Shown here: positions 55,924 through 64,000 of the stretch, piece after piece
How positions within the stretch are numbered: position 1 is the first letter of the stretch
Layout of the letters: the number at the start of each line of letters is the position of its first letter
Virus record (IMG/VR): IMGVR_UViG_3300030333_006551
Span: 1 to 64,000 of that record
DNA length: 64,000 nt
Reading direction: 5' to 3' (one strand)
Source: a virus
Position numbers and translations under genes: made by a program
Notes under the pieces: generated by a model
What the model saw: the letters and a program-made list of their open reading frames with translations, nothing else
Told to the model about the DNA's origin: nothing
Databases searched by the model: none

Positions 55924-56766
55924 ATGGTATCACCACTAATTAGAACCTCAGCCCCTACAAACGCCACTGGAGCAGGTTTATTTATGAGTTCGGGCATTGG
56001 ACCTGTTTCTGGTGTTTCTGGCGTTGGAGCATTTTCAGGTCCTTTCCTTATTAAGGAGCAATCATTAAACTATGATTATGTTAGAGTTCCTTATGGTTAC
56101 TTAAGTAGCGTTGTTTTAAGTTTAAGCGGTTCAACCTGGACAGCAACTAATACAGGTTCTGTTCTTATGATTAGAGCTACCGCAAATGTAAATACAAGAA
56201 AAAGCTATGAGTGGTTTGAGACATCATCTTTTGTCCAAGGACAAAGATTCTCTATAGAAGCTGCAAGTGCGGATTCTCAAGGGAACACTTATTGTAACCA
56301 AACTCCATCCGATTGTGGGTTATCAGTGTTCTCCAGCACTTATGGTCCTGTTGGTAGAGTTTATACTAGCCAAAAATACTATAAGAGAGAGCCTTGGATT
56401 GAAGGGCAACACGAAGAATATGATGATACTGTTGTAGGTTATAATTATCAAGCTTACAATGATAATGAAGGCGTTCCTGTAGTAGGGAGTGTGAGAAATC
56501 CTGTAGATGCAGAATTTGTTTGGGGAGATTTTAAATCCACTTTTGCTACGGATACCATTGATGGAGAGTCAGGGTATACAGCACAGATGTGGACAGAAAT
56601 TGCATCTAAAACAGGCCCTTATTCCTACGGTCAGGATCTTGTAGATGATGTAATTTTAGGAACAGATGCAATTGGCGATGCTTTAAATTTAGGTGGATTG
56701 TTTTCTCAAACAGGTGAACAAGTCGCATTATTCAATTATCGTTGGTTACGACACGATTGGACTTAA
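55924..56766 (+). CDS. Putative virion protein, paralogue 2 of 4
   Basis: Same motifs; ends HDWT. Confidence 0.65.
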   Translation: MVSPLIRTSAPTNATGAGLFMSSGIGPVSGVSGVGAFSGPFLIKEQSLNYDYVRVPYGYLSSVVLSLSGSTWTATNTGSVLMIRATANVNTRKSYEWFETSSFVQGQRFSIEAASADSQGNTYCNQTPSDCGLSVFSSTYGPVGRVYTSQKYYKREPWIEGQHEEYDDTVVGYNYQAYNDNEGVPVVGSVRNPVDAEFVWGDFKSTFATDTIDGESGYTAQMWTEIASKTGPYSYGQDLVDDVILGTDAIGDALNLGGLFSQTGEQVALFNYRWLRHDWT

Positions 56767-56778
56767 TAGGAGATTTAT

Positions 56779-57888
56779 ATGGCAACATTAGTTAGAACAC
56801 CTGTAGCAAAAAAAATAAACGCAGCGTTTTCCCCTGGATTTTTAACTTTTTCCAGTACAGGACCTGTCTCTGGTGTTTCTGCTGTTGGGTATTTTTCTGG
56901 TCCACACTATGTTGAGACACAAACTTTAGAGATTTCCTACAAAAGAGTACCACGATTTAAATTTGATCATGAAACTTTAAATTTAAGTTCAGTTACACTT
57001 TCTCCTCATTACTTGGGTACACATTTGTTACTAAAAATCAGACCCAGAGTAACAAAAGAAAAAGTTTATGATTGGTATGAAACTTCTTCTTATACACAGC
57101 CACAAAGATTTACGGTTTATTCAGTAAGTGCAGATGATCAGAGTGGTCAAACTTATGGAACTCCAGCCGCTGGGACACTTTCTGTTAAAGGAGATATATT
57201 AACAACTCAGCCTTGGTATTTTAGAAGACCATGGACAACTAAAGATGATACTGATAGTGCAACTTGGACAACTAACGGGGTCGTAACTCCCCAGAGATAT
57301 GCAGAAGCATTAAGACCCCATCCAAACCATCCAGGGTATACAGGACTTCCTGGAGTTACAAGTCCAGGCTACGCACTCCAAGCATTTAGCTATAGACCTT
57401 TTGCTAATGATATGACAACCGATTGCTATAAAGATGCTTTAATTGGTCCTGAGTACCCTAACTCTACGCATCCACCATTCTTTGATGTTGTCGGTTTAAC
57501 TAATGTTAATTTTTGGCATACTATTGCGGGTGAAACATTAGGAGACTCCGAAGTTCAAACCACATACGGCACTCCTACCAGGTCTGGGGATGACACATGT
57601 CTTCCTCCAGGTCAGATGGGGCCAACTTTTAGAGCGAATGCTATTGTAGATAACCATATGCTTGGTAATAAATTAGGAGCCTACAGTAGTGAACAAGATA
57701 ACACGGCAGATGTACAAATACTAGTTGACGGTATTGCTGATATTATTGCAAAACAATGGAATGATGGTTCTGTAGCTTTTGAATCTAATTACTTTGTTGG
57801 TCCTTTGTTACAACAACCTTACACTGGGCGTTGGCAAAGTTTAACAAATACTGAATATAGTAAATCAAGACATTATTGGGGTAATTAA
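56779..57888 (+). CDS. Putative virion protein, paralogue 3 of 4
   Basis: Same motifs; ends RHYWGN. Confidence 0.65.
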   Translation: MATLVRTPVAKKINAAFSPGFLTFSSTGPVSGVSAVGYFSGPHYVETQTLEISYKRVPRFKFDHETLNLSSVTLSPHYLGTHLLLKIRPRVTKEKVYDWYETSSYTQPQRFTVYSVSADDQSGQTYGTPAAGTLSVKGDILTTQPWYFRRPWTTKDDTDSATWTTNGVVTPQRYAEALRPHPNHPGYTGLPGVTSPGYALQAFSYRPFANDMTTDCYKDALIGPEYPNSTHPPFFDVVGLTNVNFWHTIAGETLGDSEVQTTYGTPTRSGDDTCLPPGQMGPTFRANAIVDNHMLGNKLGAYSSEQDNTADVQILVDGIADIIAKQWNDGSVAFESNYFVGPLLQQPYTGRWQSLTNTEYSKSRHYWGN

Positions 57889-57891
57889 ATT

Positions 57892-58878
57892 ATGGCAACA
57901 GTAGTAACAAGTCCCGTATCAAAAAAAATAAACACAGCGTTTTCACCTGGATATTTAAGTTTTTCTAGTACTGGTCCAGTATCAGGTGTTTCTAGTGTTG
58001 GGTATTTTTCTGGTCCACACTATGTAGAAACTCAAACATTGACATTTGCATATAAGCGAGTTCCTTACTTTAGATTAGTGGAAGGAAATGTAAGTCTAAG
58101 TAGTATGAATTCTGAGTTAGATTGGATGAACACCGTACTTCTTATTCAACTTGACAAGGTTCTCGTAACAAAAGAAAAGGTATACGACTGGTACGAAACT
58201 TCCTCATATATTCAACCCCAAAGATTTACACTATATTCTGTAAGTGCAGATGAAACGGGTCAAACTTATGGAACTCCAGCCGCTGGAACGATGAGTGTTC
58301 AAGGCATAGTTGATACCACACAACCTTATTATTACAGAAGACTTTGGGATGATAGCATTGATAATGAATCTGATATGGGTACTTTCCCCTTAATGGTAGA
58401 ATCTGGGGCGTTTGGAGGGTCACTAGAAGCCTATCAGGGTGATGGATATAATTACCTTATGGCAAATCACCTTAACTGTGGAGTTAGTGCATCACCCGAG
58501 CATCCAATGGATTGGATCAATATAAATGAGCCTCAATTTCGACATTCTATAACCCAATCACAAGGAAATATTAGCTTATTAGCTGCTAGTAACAAATGGA
58601 CTGGACATAGAAATTGCTTTGGAGATCATTTCCCTAACGGTGGATATATTCCTACAAATATAGGAATAACTACCGTTCTTGGTTTGAAACCAGGAACATA
58701 TTCCTCGGATCAAGATGACCCAGGGGATGTTCAGGTTTTAGTTGACAGTATCGGACAACAAATATCTGTTGATATAAGTCAAGGTGGTAATAGCATTGTT
58801 AGATTTGTCAGATCACCTGATGCATTAGGGGTTTGTAACCCTGAGTATGTTCCTGGAAGACATTACTGGGGTAACTAA
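57892..58878 (+). CDS. Putative virion protein, paralogue 4 of 4
   Basis: Same motifs; ends RHYWGN. Confidence 0.65.
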   Translation: MATVVTSPVSKKINTAFSPGYLSFSSTGPVSGVSSVGYFSGPHYVETQTLTFAYKRVPYFRLVEGNVSLSSMNSELDWMNTVLLIQLDKVLVTKEKVYDWYETSSYIQPQRFTLYSVSADETGQTYGTPAAGTMSVQGIVDTTQPYYYRRLWDDSIDNESDMGTFPLMVESGAFGGSLEAYQGDGYNYLMANHLNCGVSASPEHPMDWININEPQFRHSITQSQGNISLLAASNKWTGHRNCFGDHFPNGGYIPTNIGITTVLGLKPGTYSSDQDDPGDVQVLVDSIGQQISVDISQGGNSIVRFVRSPDALGVCNPEYVPGRHYWGN

Positions 58879-58996
58879 ACTGCGGCGAAGACTTCCCAGG
58901 AATAAAGATCCTCGGTACTGGGAAAAGCGTAATGCTTTTACGAAAAAACTCAAGCGAATTAGGATTGCTGAGTCGAAGAGAAAGTTAGGTAAGCAC

Positions 58997-59686
58997 TTAA
59001 ATAGAGACAGGAAGCCTACCTTCTGTCATTTTTAGAAATGCTGCTCTATTTTGATGCCAAGAATCTCGCCCTGCTAACTCTCCTCTAGATTGATGTAGAA
59101 CTGTAATAGGTACAGTATAGTTTCTTAATCCTCTATTATGGGCTTTGTATGTGTATAAAATATCATAAAAATCCCATTCACCTATAAATCTTTTTGGTTT
59201 TTGTAACCCTATTAACTTTAGTGTTTTTGCAGTTGCTACCAGAAATAATCCATCCATAACAACTGCTTGCCCGTAATTACCATAAAAAGTGGCATCAGCG
59301 GAGGATATATCTTCCCCATGTAGTACATAACCAGTGTGTCTATGTTGTTGCCACAAAGATTGATCCCACCACACAGCGGTTTGTCCTAGTGTTTTTGTCC
59401 CTGCAACACCTAAAAAGCCAGTTTTGGGGTTTTTTAGGTTACTTTCGATTATCTCTTTAAATACTTGAGGACTTGTTGTTATTTTTATATCATCATGACA
59501 GAGTATAATAATATCAGAAGGATCAAGTTTCTCACTATGTAGCGCATTATCATATGCAGCAAAGATAGAGTCTTCGCCCACTAAGATTTTTACCTTTGTA
59601 TCAATACTAGATAAATAGGAGACTAATTCTTTTGTAGTGTCTGTTAAGTCACTAGATCTAGTACAAATAAAGGCGTAATACTGCAT
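58997..59686 (-). CDS. Glycosyltransferase, GT2-like
   Basis: SIFAAY, ILCHDDI, GFLGVAG, VMDGLFL, WDFYDI, HQS.G. Confidence 0.8.
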   Translation of the reverse strand: MQYYAFICTRSSDLTDTTKELVSYLSSIDTKVKILVGEDSIFAAYDNALHSEKLDPSDIIILCHDDIKITTSPQVFKEIIESNLKNPKTGFLGVAGTKTLGQTAVWWDQSLWQQHRHTGYVLHGEDISSADATFYGNYGQAVVMDGLFLVATAKTLKLIGLQKPKRFIGEWDFYDILYTYKAHNRGLRNYTVPITVLHQSRGELAGRDSWHQNRAAFLKMTEGRLPVSI

Positions 59687-61244
59687 GTCATATAATAGAA
59701 GCGAAGAAGAACTTTTACTAGAGGAATTTAATAAATGTAAAGAAGACCCCATTTATTTTATTTGTAACTATATAAAAGTTACACACCCTGTTCGTGGTTT
59801 AGTTCCTTTTGAATTATATCCATTCCAAAAGTTAATTTTACAGAATATAGAAAAACACAGATTTAATATTTTAAGAAAGTTTAGACAGGCAGGATGCACT
59901 ACTATTTCGGCTGCCTACTCTTTATGGATGGCAACCTTTCAGACACACAAATCAATTGTTATTTTGTCGGTAGGTGATACGGAATCCACAGAGGTTCTTG
60001 ATCGAATAAAGATTATGTATGAAGAGCTTCCTTTATTTTTACAAGCAGGAATTGTAGAAAGTAATAAACACACTTTAAAATTAAAGACACATTCAATAAT
60101 TAAGTCGAGGCCCTCAGGCAAACAGTCAGGACGATCACTTGCGGGATCGTTCTTGGTTATTGATGAAGCGGCATTCATTGAAAATATTGATTCTATTTGG
60201 GCTGCTGTGTACCCAATTATTTCAACGGGTGGAAGGGCCTTTGTTCTGTCTACAGTTAATGGCGTAGGTAATTGGTATTATGAAACATATAATGATGCCA
60301 TGGCAAAACGCAACTCATTCAATGCTATTGACATTAATTGGAAGCAACACCCTGAATATAGTCGAATTTTAGGGTATGACCATTTGTATGAAGCTATGGA
60401 GCGTCGGGATCCTCCTATGAATATTGATGATTGGGAGAAAGTCACACGATCAAATATGCCATTAAAAAAATGGCTGCAAGAGTATGAATGTGAGTTTTTA
60501 GGAACAGGAGATACATTTATTGAAGGTAGTATTCTTACATCATTACGAGATAATGTAAGCGAAGATTACTATAGAAAATATAACAACCGTATGCGTATCT
60601 GGCAGGATCCAGATCCTTCTTATGAGTACATTATAGGGGTTGATACCGCTTTAGGTCGAGAATTAGATTATTCAGCATTTCAAATTATGAATACTTATAA
60701 TGGCGAAGTTGTAGCTGAATTCTATAGTAATAAAACTCCAATCAATGAATTTTCAAAAATTTTAGCAACAGAAGGCATGCAATATAATACAGCGTTAATG
60801 GTTATAGAAAGAAATACCATAGGAAACAATGTTATTGATTGGCTATATAATCAATATGAGTATGAAAATCTATGGCATGACGAAAAAGGCCATCCAGGAT
60901 TTCAAGTAACTCTTAAAAATAGGGACCAGATTCTTGCTGAATTAGAAGAAGCCATCCGAACTAACATGATTAAAATTAACTCAGAAAGAACCCTAAAAGA
61001 GCTTAACTCTTTTGTACTAACTGAATCAGGTAAAGTTGCTGCTGAAAAAAATAGCCATGATGATCTAATTATGAGTTTAGCTTTAGCTGTTCATGGACTA
61101 AATATATATGTAGAACATTCGCATGTTGAATTTAGAAGAGAAAAACCGTTTAAAAAAGATCCCTTATTCCCTTCTAGTGGAAAAGGTAAATTTAGAACCT
61201 TTAATGGTATGACAGAGGAAGATATAAAATGGCTGATAAGCTAG
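59685..61244 (+). CDS. Terminase large subunit (T4 gp17-like)
   Basis: DPIYF, F.LYPFQ, RKFRQAGCTT, VIDEAAFI, STVNG, QEYECEFLG, GVDTA..DYSAF, IERN, HDDLIMSLA. Confidence 0.95.
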   Translation: MSYNRSEEELLLEEFNKCKEDPIYFICNYIKVTHPVRGLVPFELYPFQKLILQNIEKHRFNILRKFRQAGCTTISAAYSLWMATFQTHKSIVILSVGDTESTEVLDRIKIMYEELPLFLQAGIVESNKHTLKLKTHSIIKSRPSGKQSGRSLAGSFLVIDEAAFIENIDSIWAAVYPIISTGGRAFVLSTVNGVGNWYYETYNDAMAKRNSFNAIDINWKQHPEYSRILGYDHLYEAMERRDPPMNIDDWEKVTRSNMPLKKWLQEYECEFLGTGDTFIEGSILTSLRDNVSEDYYRKYNNRMRIWQDPDPSYEYIIGVDTALGRELDYSAFQIMNTYNGEVVAEFYSNKTPINEFSKILATEGMQYNTALMVIERNTIGNNVIDWLYNQYEYENLWHDEKGHPGFQVTLKNRDQILAELEEAIRTNMIKINSERTLKELNSFVLTESGKVAAEKNSHDDLIMSLALAVHGLNIYVEHSHVEFRREKPFKKDPLFPSSGKGKFRTFNGMTEEDIKWLIS

Positions 61245-62998
61245 AAGAAGAACAACTTAATGAAACTGTAGGTGAAACCACATTTGATGTAGGTTCTGGG
61301 CGTGTAGGACCATATTTTTATCCTAGAGGATTTCTTGGGAAGTTTTTCGCAAGATTTTTTGCTACAAGAGCCCAGCCTGCTGTTGTAAAAGAACTTGAAT
61401 ATGACAAACCTTCAGCATCTAAAGGTGATACAATTATACATGATGCACCTGGACTTAAGCCACAACCTGGGGTGCCACTTGCAATCAGTAGGGCTACACC
61501 TGTATCACAAGAGGCAGAGTTAAACCGTAAAAAACGATATAAATCATATGAAAGTATGGATGAGTACCCTGAAGTAGGGTCAGCATTCGACATTTATGCT
61601 GATGATTGTACGCAAAGAAACACCAAAAATGAACGCTGGTCAATTAAATCGGATAGTCCTGAGGTAGTCCAGGAAGTAATGGAGTTATTTGATAGAATTA
61701 GACTAGATCGAGTGTATTGGGATGTTACCCGTAATGCGGTAAAATTTGGTGATTGCTTTTTAGAAACTATTGTGGATGAAAATAACTACACCGCAGGAGT
61801 TCAAAGAGTTAAAATTCTTAATCCTAATTTTATTGTAAGAGTAGAAGATAAATACGGCTATTTAAATAATTTTCTCCAAGAGATCCCAGAGAAATCTAGT
61901 TGGGAGGGTATGGTAAATAATTCGTATGAGTCTCAAAAAACCCAAAAATATATTGAGCTTGATAAGAACCAGATTGTTCATTTTAGATTATTTACTTCTG
62001 ATCCTAAATTTTATCCATACGGCAAATCTATAGCGTCTATGGCAATCCAAACCTTTAAGTCTCTTAAATTAATGGAAGATGCTATGCTTATTTACCGATT
62101 AGCACGGGCACCTGAAAGGCGAATTTTCTACATTGATGTAGGAAACTTACCCTCTGGTAAAGCAGAAATGTTTATTGAACGAGTTAAGGAGAAATTCAAA
62201 AAAGAAAAATACTTTAACCGTGGAGGCTTAGATGAGCGTTATAACCCATTAAGCGCAGATGAAGATTTCTTTGTTCCAGTAAAAGGGAATAACCAAGGAA
62301 CAAAAATTGAGACCCTACCTGGAGCGCAGAATTTGGGGGAAACTGGTGATGTTCAGTATTTCCGTGATAAGCTCTTAGCAGCCCTTAAAATACCTAAAGA
62401 TTTCGTTGTTGAAAAAGATAAGTCTCCTGAGCGAAAAGCTAATCTTTCTCAGTTAGATGTTAAATTTGCTAGAACAATTTCTAGAATTCAACATGCGATG
62501 GAATTGGGACTAGAGCAGATCGCTAGAACTCATTTAGGGTTTAAAGGATTTCCAGATAGCCTTGTTAAAGACCTTAGAATAGAATTACCTGATCCTTCTG
62601 ATATGTTTACTAAGAGGAAGTTGGAAATTGATGAAGCCAAACTTAGAATTATTCAAGGAGTAACTTCCACTGGTTTATTTCCTAAAGAGCATATCTATAA
62701 AGAATACTATGATATGAGTGAGGGAGAAATTAAATGGATCAAAAATCAGCTAAAACAAGAAGCAAAAGAAATGGCTGAACAGCAGGAAGAGATGAATACA
62801 ATTTCTCCTGGCGCAGGTGATCTCAATCAAGGGAACCAGCCAGCAGCAGTACAAAATACGCAACCTATGGCTGGTCCATCGGAAGATAAGATAGATTTGT
62901 CATCTATAAAAAAACGTCTAATCACTGAGAAAGGCGTAGACAGTGCAGAGGTAAAAACCATAAATCGCATCATAAAAAGATTAAACCAAAATAAGTGA
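61229..62998 (+). CDS. Portal protein (T4 gp20-like)
   Basis: MEDAMLIYRLARAPERRIFYIDVGNLP..KAE, EDFF.P, TKIETLPG.QNLG, YFRDKL..ALKIP. Confidence 0.95.
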   Translation: MADKLEEEQLNETVGETTFDVGSGRVGPYFYPRGFLGKFFARFFATRAQPAVVKELEYDKPSASKGDTIIHDAPGLKPQPGVPLAISRATPVSQEAELNRKKRYKSYESMDEYPEVGSAFDIYADDCTQRNTKNERWSIKSDSPEVVQEVMELFDRIRLDRVYWDVTRNAVKFGDCFLETIVDENNYTAGVQRVKILNPNFIVRVEDKYGYLNNFLQEIPEKSSWEGMVNNSYESQKTQKYIELDKNQIVHFRLFTSDPKFYPYGKSIASMAIQTFKSLKLMEDAMLIYRLARAPERRIFYIDVGNLPSGKAEMFIERVKEKFKKEKYFNRGGLDERYNPLSADEDFFVPVKGNNQGTKIETLPGAQNLGETGDVQYFRDKLLAALKIPKDFVVEKDKSPERKANLSQLDVKFARTISRIQHAMELGLEQIARTHLGFKGFPDSLVKDLRIELPDPSDMFTKRKLEIDEAKLRIIQGVTSTGLFPKEHIYKEYYDMSEGEIKWIKNQLKQEAKEMAEQQEEMNTISPGAGDLNQGNQPAAVQNTQPMAGPSEDKIDLSSIKKRLITEKGVDSAEVKTINRIIKRLNQNK

Positions 62999-63056
62999 TT
63001 TTTTCTGGTTTAAATAAGCATATATAACATAGTGCTTTACATTAAGGAAATTAATT

Positions 63057-64000
63057 ATGTTTGACCATATTTTTGAAAATCGCAATAAGAAGCTCGTTAA
63101 TATACTAAAGATAGCTGATTATTTAGGCAGATCTCTTAGAGAGAATATTGAAGTATTCTCTATTAACGACTCCACTCAGGAAGCTATCTTTATCACGGAA
63201 AGTGACAAAATCGTAAAAGGTAATTACGATTTCTCTCAGGGCATCTCTCTGCAAAACATTATAATTGAAGATTCAGATGTCTTCCTTGATGAAGAGCAGT
63301 TCGATACTTTTGTATCCTCAAAGGTTTCTAATTTTATTCAGAATATTTATGAAGAAGATTTCGCAGATGCAGATGATTCTTTTGATAATATTCTTAGCCT
63401 TTGGGAAAATAGAGCGAAATTCTTTAAAGTAAGAAATAATCTTCTTGAAAAAACTGCAAAGTTACATGAAAGACAAGGGATTATTCGTTCTGACAGCTAC
63501 CAAAAGCTAGTTGAGGTTGCTCCTTTAGTTGTTGAATTTTTAGCAGAAAATAGAGAAGCTATAGAAAGTATTCCTGAGGTTAGAAATTCAATTATTTTAT
63601 CAAACACTATATCTAAAGCCTTCGATTGCCCTAGAATTGAGTACGATAATTTACAAGAACAGCAAAGTTATGTTGTTGATGAAGGGCATCAAAAAAGTAT
63701 TTATGAGATGATTTGCAGTCAGGAGCTTGTTCGTAAAGAGTTGTACGAAACAAAGCAAAATTTCGCCTCAATCTGGGTTAATGAGGAAAAGATTTCGAAC
63801 TTAGCAGGGTGTATTTTTGATCCAAATGAAGAGACAATCGAAAAACATCTTGTAGAGGCCATAGAGCAGGTTCCATATTTGGCCTTAGCATCTAAAAAAG
63901 AGCTTAGAACTGTGATAATGAATAGTTTAGAGCTTAGAGAATCCTCTTTAGTTTCTAAAAAGGATCTAAACAGCTTTGTTTCTTACCTTTTTGAAGCTAA
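63057..64000 (+). CDS. Large hypothetical protein of the head module, 3'-truncated
   Basis: AAGGA RBS, reads MFDHIFENRNKKL...; appears open to the window end (absent from the track because it has no stop). Confidence 0.65.
   Translation, partial: MFDHIFENRNKKLVNILKIADYLGRSLRENIEVFSINDSTQEAIFITESDKIVKGNYDFSQGISLQNIIIEDSDVFLDEEQFDTFVSSKVSNFIQNIYEEDFADADDSFDNILSLWENRAKFFKVRNNLLEKTAKLHERQGIIRSDSYQKLVEVAPLVVEFLAENREAIESIPEVRNSIILSNTISKAFDCPRIEYDNLQEQQSYVVDEGHQKSIYEMICSQELVRKELYETKQNFASIWVNEEKISNLAGCIFDPNEETIEKHLVEAIEQVPYLALASKKELRTVIMNSLELRESSLVSKKDLNSFVSYLFEA

Noticed and set aside
54993-58878. Diversity-generating retroelement targets
   Set aside because: No reverse transcriptase or template repeat is in the window, and variation is by whole inserts rather than adenine-specific changes
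930-61593. Numerous short antisense or alternate-frame ORFs in the track nested in long genes
   Set aside because: They are fully contained in well-supported genes, with no motifs or RBS; treated as shadow ORFs
1-64000. Stop-codon reassignment, inteins or introns in core genes
   Set aside because: Helicase, UvsX, terminase and portal read through at normal length in the standard code, all three stops are used, and no intein or homing-endonuclease motifs were seen

Overview
The window is a 64-kb internal segment of a large, AT-rich, T4-like tailed phage genome read in the standard code. From left to right: (1) class II ribonucleotide reductase, ferredoxin and IscA; (2) the replication core (gp41 helicase, UvsY-like, gp32; UvsX lies further right); (3) a ~15.5-kb sugar-biosynthesis/glycosyltransferase cluster that includes PanB, a ThDP enzyme and two radical-SAM enzymes; (4) four tRNAs with interleaved hairpin RNAs; (5) many small accessory genes and a sigma-like factor; (6) a GC-richer, minus-strand island (41.7-47.4 kb); and (7) a late module (internal-head-protein-like ORFs, a split lysozyme-like protein, four tandem paralogues, terminase, portal). 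The island is the most unusual part. A bipartite ~50-bp repeat divides it into ~1-1.3-kb cassettes with their own sigma70-type, often leaderless, promoters. One cassette carries an array of linker-separated hairpin RNAs ending in an 81-nt tmRNA reduced to its tRNA-like domain. Another carries a second ~370-nt structured non-coding region. All calls come from motif recognition by eye; no searches were run.
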